The notes beneath the pieces were generated by a model. It was not told the DNA's origin and did no database searches. It saw only the letters and a list, made by a program, of their open reading frames with translations. From Somniosus microcephalus (Eukaryota), in contig CM126233.1 of NCBI GenBank assembly GCA_052327205.1, positions 32,488,001 to 32,552,000 on the forward strand: a DNA stretch of 64,000 bases. The letters are read 5' to 3'. Positions 61,828 through 64,000 of the stretch are shown here, one piece after another (positions within the stretch are counted from its first letter, which is position 1; every line of letters starts with the position of its first letter). A program made the translations under genes and the position numbers.

Positions 61828-62140
61828 GACAACAACTTGCATTTATATAGCGCCTTTAACGTAGTAAAAGGTCCCAAGGTGCTTCACAGGAGCGTTAAAA
61901 AACAGAATTTGGCACCGAGCCACATAAGGAGCTATTCGGGCAGATGACCAAAAGCTTGGCCAAAGAGGTAGTTTGTAAGGAGGAAAGAGAGGTAGAGAGG
62001 CAGAAAGGTTTAGGGAGGGTATTCCAGAGCTTGGGACCGTGGCAGCTGAAGGCACGGCTTCAATGGTTGAGCGATTAAAATCAGGGATGCTCAAGAGGAC
62101 AGAATTAGAGAAGCGCAGATATCTCGGAGGGTTGTGGGGC
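61828..62140 (-). mobile_element. L2 3' fragment
   Basis: acaacttgcatttatatagcgcctttaacg tail and body. Confidence 0.82.
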
Positions 62141-63358
62141 TAACTAGGTTACTTAACTGCGGAGAGCAACAAATTCAAGCCTGATCTTACCTTCACCTGA
62201 TACTATGCACACTTTCCAGCAGGAATCATTGGATAGCAAAGAACCCTAGCTGAATATTCCATTCACTAACCCAGAGGTGAACTGTAGCACCCCAACTAGA
62301 ATCCTAGAGCCGAGATTGGCTTATGCAGTGCAGCACAGACCAAGTAGGGAGCGGAGACCTTTTGGTCTCTGTAGCTTATCCACCATGTCGCTTCGACTTT
62401 CAATTTATTTCCACATAACCAACAGGAAGAGTCTCATCCTTGTCTGCTGTAGTTAAATGCAATAGTTGAACAACAAAAGTCAATACAACAGAACTGAAAT
62501 CAATCCTCTACAAGTGGAATAAGATGCTGCCTCTACCAAGAGGCAAATTCCAACATTTGCAGACTGTTGTGTGTCAGGTATTTTAACAAGAAATCATGGT
62601 ACTCTGTATTTCTGCTCATTTCAAAGGGTCAGGATTTGAGTTGCTTTTACACGTTGGCATTGAAAGAAATGTTCAATGAGGGAACAAGCTGGGAGTTACA
62701 AGTAGATGTAAATATATACAGCTGCACACTTCAATCATTTCCCCACAAAGAAACATGACAAAAAAAAAATCAACAGACATCAAGCAACTAAGAGCAAGAA
62801 CTCGGTGTTCAAACTGGACATGTTGAAAGTTGACTAAGTGTGTCTGCAGGTCATCGTGTGAAAATTAAAGTCAGGTTTTCCGCTGCACCCACCACCTCCA
62901 CTTCAGTGTAACTTTCACCCTCTACCCTGCAGCTGTCCAATTGATGTCTAGCAATAGGTTAAAACCAAAAACTTACTTGCAGTTGTTTGATGATTTGCCA
63001 GCAGGTAAGGCTTCCTGGTGACCATACCTGCAAATTTTTCTCCATGGTTATAAGTGGACATCCCCCCCTCCCTCCCAAGGGAATTAGTGGTTTTGATACC
63101 AATGTATAAATCAGCAGGAATCAGGGTCTGAAACACGAGCGTCAGCCAGGACTTTGGGTATGAAAGACCAGGAGAAATCAGGGCTTTGGGTTTGGGAAAA
63201 TAGCAGCAATCAGGATACTGGCAATTTTTGAAGTTTTGCTTTGTTAAAATGGATTAACTTGGGTCCTAATCTGCACATGCTGGGAACATGATCAAGCAAT
63301 CTAAATAGAAATAATTAGATGCTAATATCTCACTAAATGAGAAGGAGGCTCTGAATTA

Positions 63359-63406
63359 CAGGAACCTCTTTGGTATCCGGCACCGACGGGACCGGGATGG
63401 TGCCGG
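63359..63406. mobile_element. One end of a Tigger-like MITE related to 37055-37391, interrupted by an LTR
   Basis: TA-CAGGAACCTCTTT...ggcaccgacgggacc...tggtgccgg matches the reverse complement of the right end of the 37055 MITE. Confidence 0.75.
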
Positions 63407-64000
63407 TGTGGTGGTACCACTGGTTGTCCCTTACATTGAGACACATAATTCCCTCTAACTTAACCTTACTGTATGTACTTAACTTACTTATGTACGTATA
63501 ACTTACCTGTTGGGGCCGTTGCCCCTTTAACTTACCTGTTCGGCCGTTGCCCCTTTAAGAGGCGACCTAACGCGCTGACGTCACGCATCACATGATGCAC
63601 GCGTGCTGGCCGCCGGCCCGACTCGGTCTTCCAAGAGGGCCGCCGGCACAGCCCGGCCTACCGCGACTTCGGCCGCATCGGCCAGCCGACGGGAGCGACG
63701 CAATCTTCCGCCCCCGCGGCAAGCACCGGCACAGCCCGGCCTCAACTTCGGCCTCAACGGCCAGCCTCCGTACCGGGAGATGCACTGATGCAACGACGCG
63801 GTCACGTGACGCCCAAAGCGCGGGAACACACAGCAGAGCGTGATGACATCATCACGCTCTCCACAGGACTGCGAACTCAGTCCTCGTGGAGTCCCCGCTG
63901 GGATAAGACCTACACCACGGTGCTCCTACAGTCAGCCATCTTACCTGCTGTAATTAGCCTGTTCCTGTAAATAAACAACTTGTTTATAGTTCGTCGAAGT
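63407..64000 (+). mobile_element. LTR (probably Gypsy-type), running off the window
   Basis: Starts TGTGG where the MITE homology breaks; CpG-rich; 29-bp tandem duplication at 63499-63558; TGACGTCA and GTCACGTGAC sites; AATAAA near 63970. Confidence 0.65.

Noticed and set aside
63581-63843. GC-rich overlapping ORFs or a host CpG-island promoter
   Set aside because: Better explained as LTR sequence; high GC content lowers stop-codon frequency.

Overview
Vertebrate DNA, almost certainly from a cartilaginous fish (shark), judged by its SINE/LINE content. The window holds the 3' ends of two convergent genes. On the + strand are the last two coding exons and 3'UTR of the LIM-homeobox gene isl2 (1657-1824, 5201-5317). 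On the - strand are the last three coding exons of SCAPER (34551-34742, 28509-28560, 28307-28413); the rest of the window to 64000 appears to be SCAPER intron. This matches the ISL2-SCAPER tail-to-tail arrangement in human. The remainder is repeat-rich: CR1 and L2 LINE fragments, DeuSINE (SacSINE1-like) and V-SINE (HE1-like) SINEs, RTE-X-like and Vingi-like LINE ends, Tigger-like and Harbinger-like MITEs, a young LTR at the right edge, and Penelope-like elements (PLEs). Five things stand out. (1) Several small PLE-derived insertions carry minimal hammerhead ribozymes, have clear target-site duplications (TSDs), and share an inversion junction at the ribozyme core. (2) A truncated Penelope has an intact GIY-YIG endonuclease domain in frame with a flanking ATG. 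(3) A ~560-bp hairpin-rich unassigned sequence is fused to a CR1 3' tail in isl2's last intron. (4) A teleost-like RTE-X fragment is a horizontal-transfer candidate. (5) There are homeodomain/POU/SOX-dense enhancer candidates. Repeat boundaries were read by eye and are approximate; family names come from recall, not database searches.
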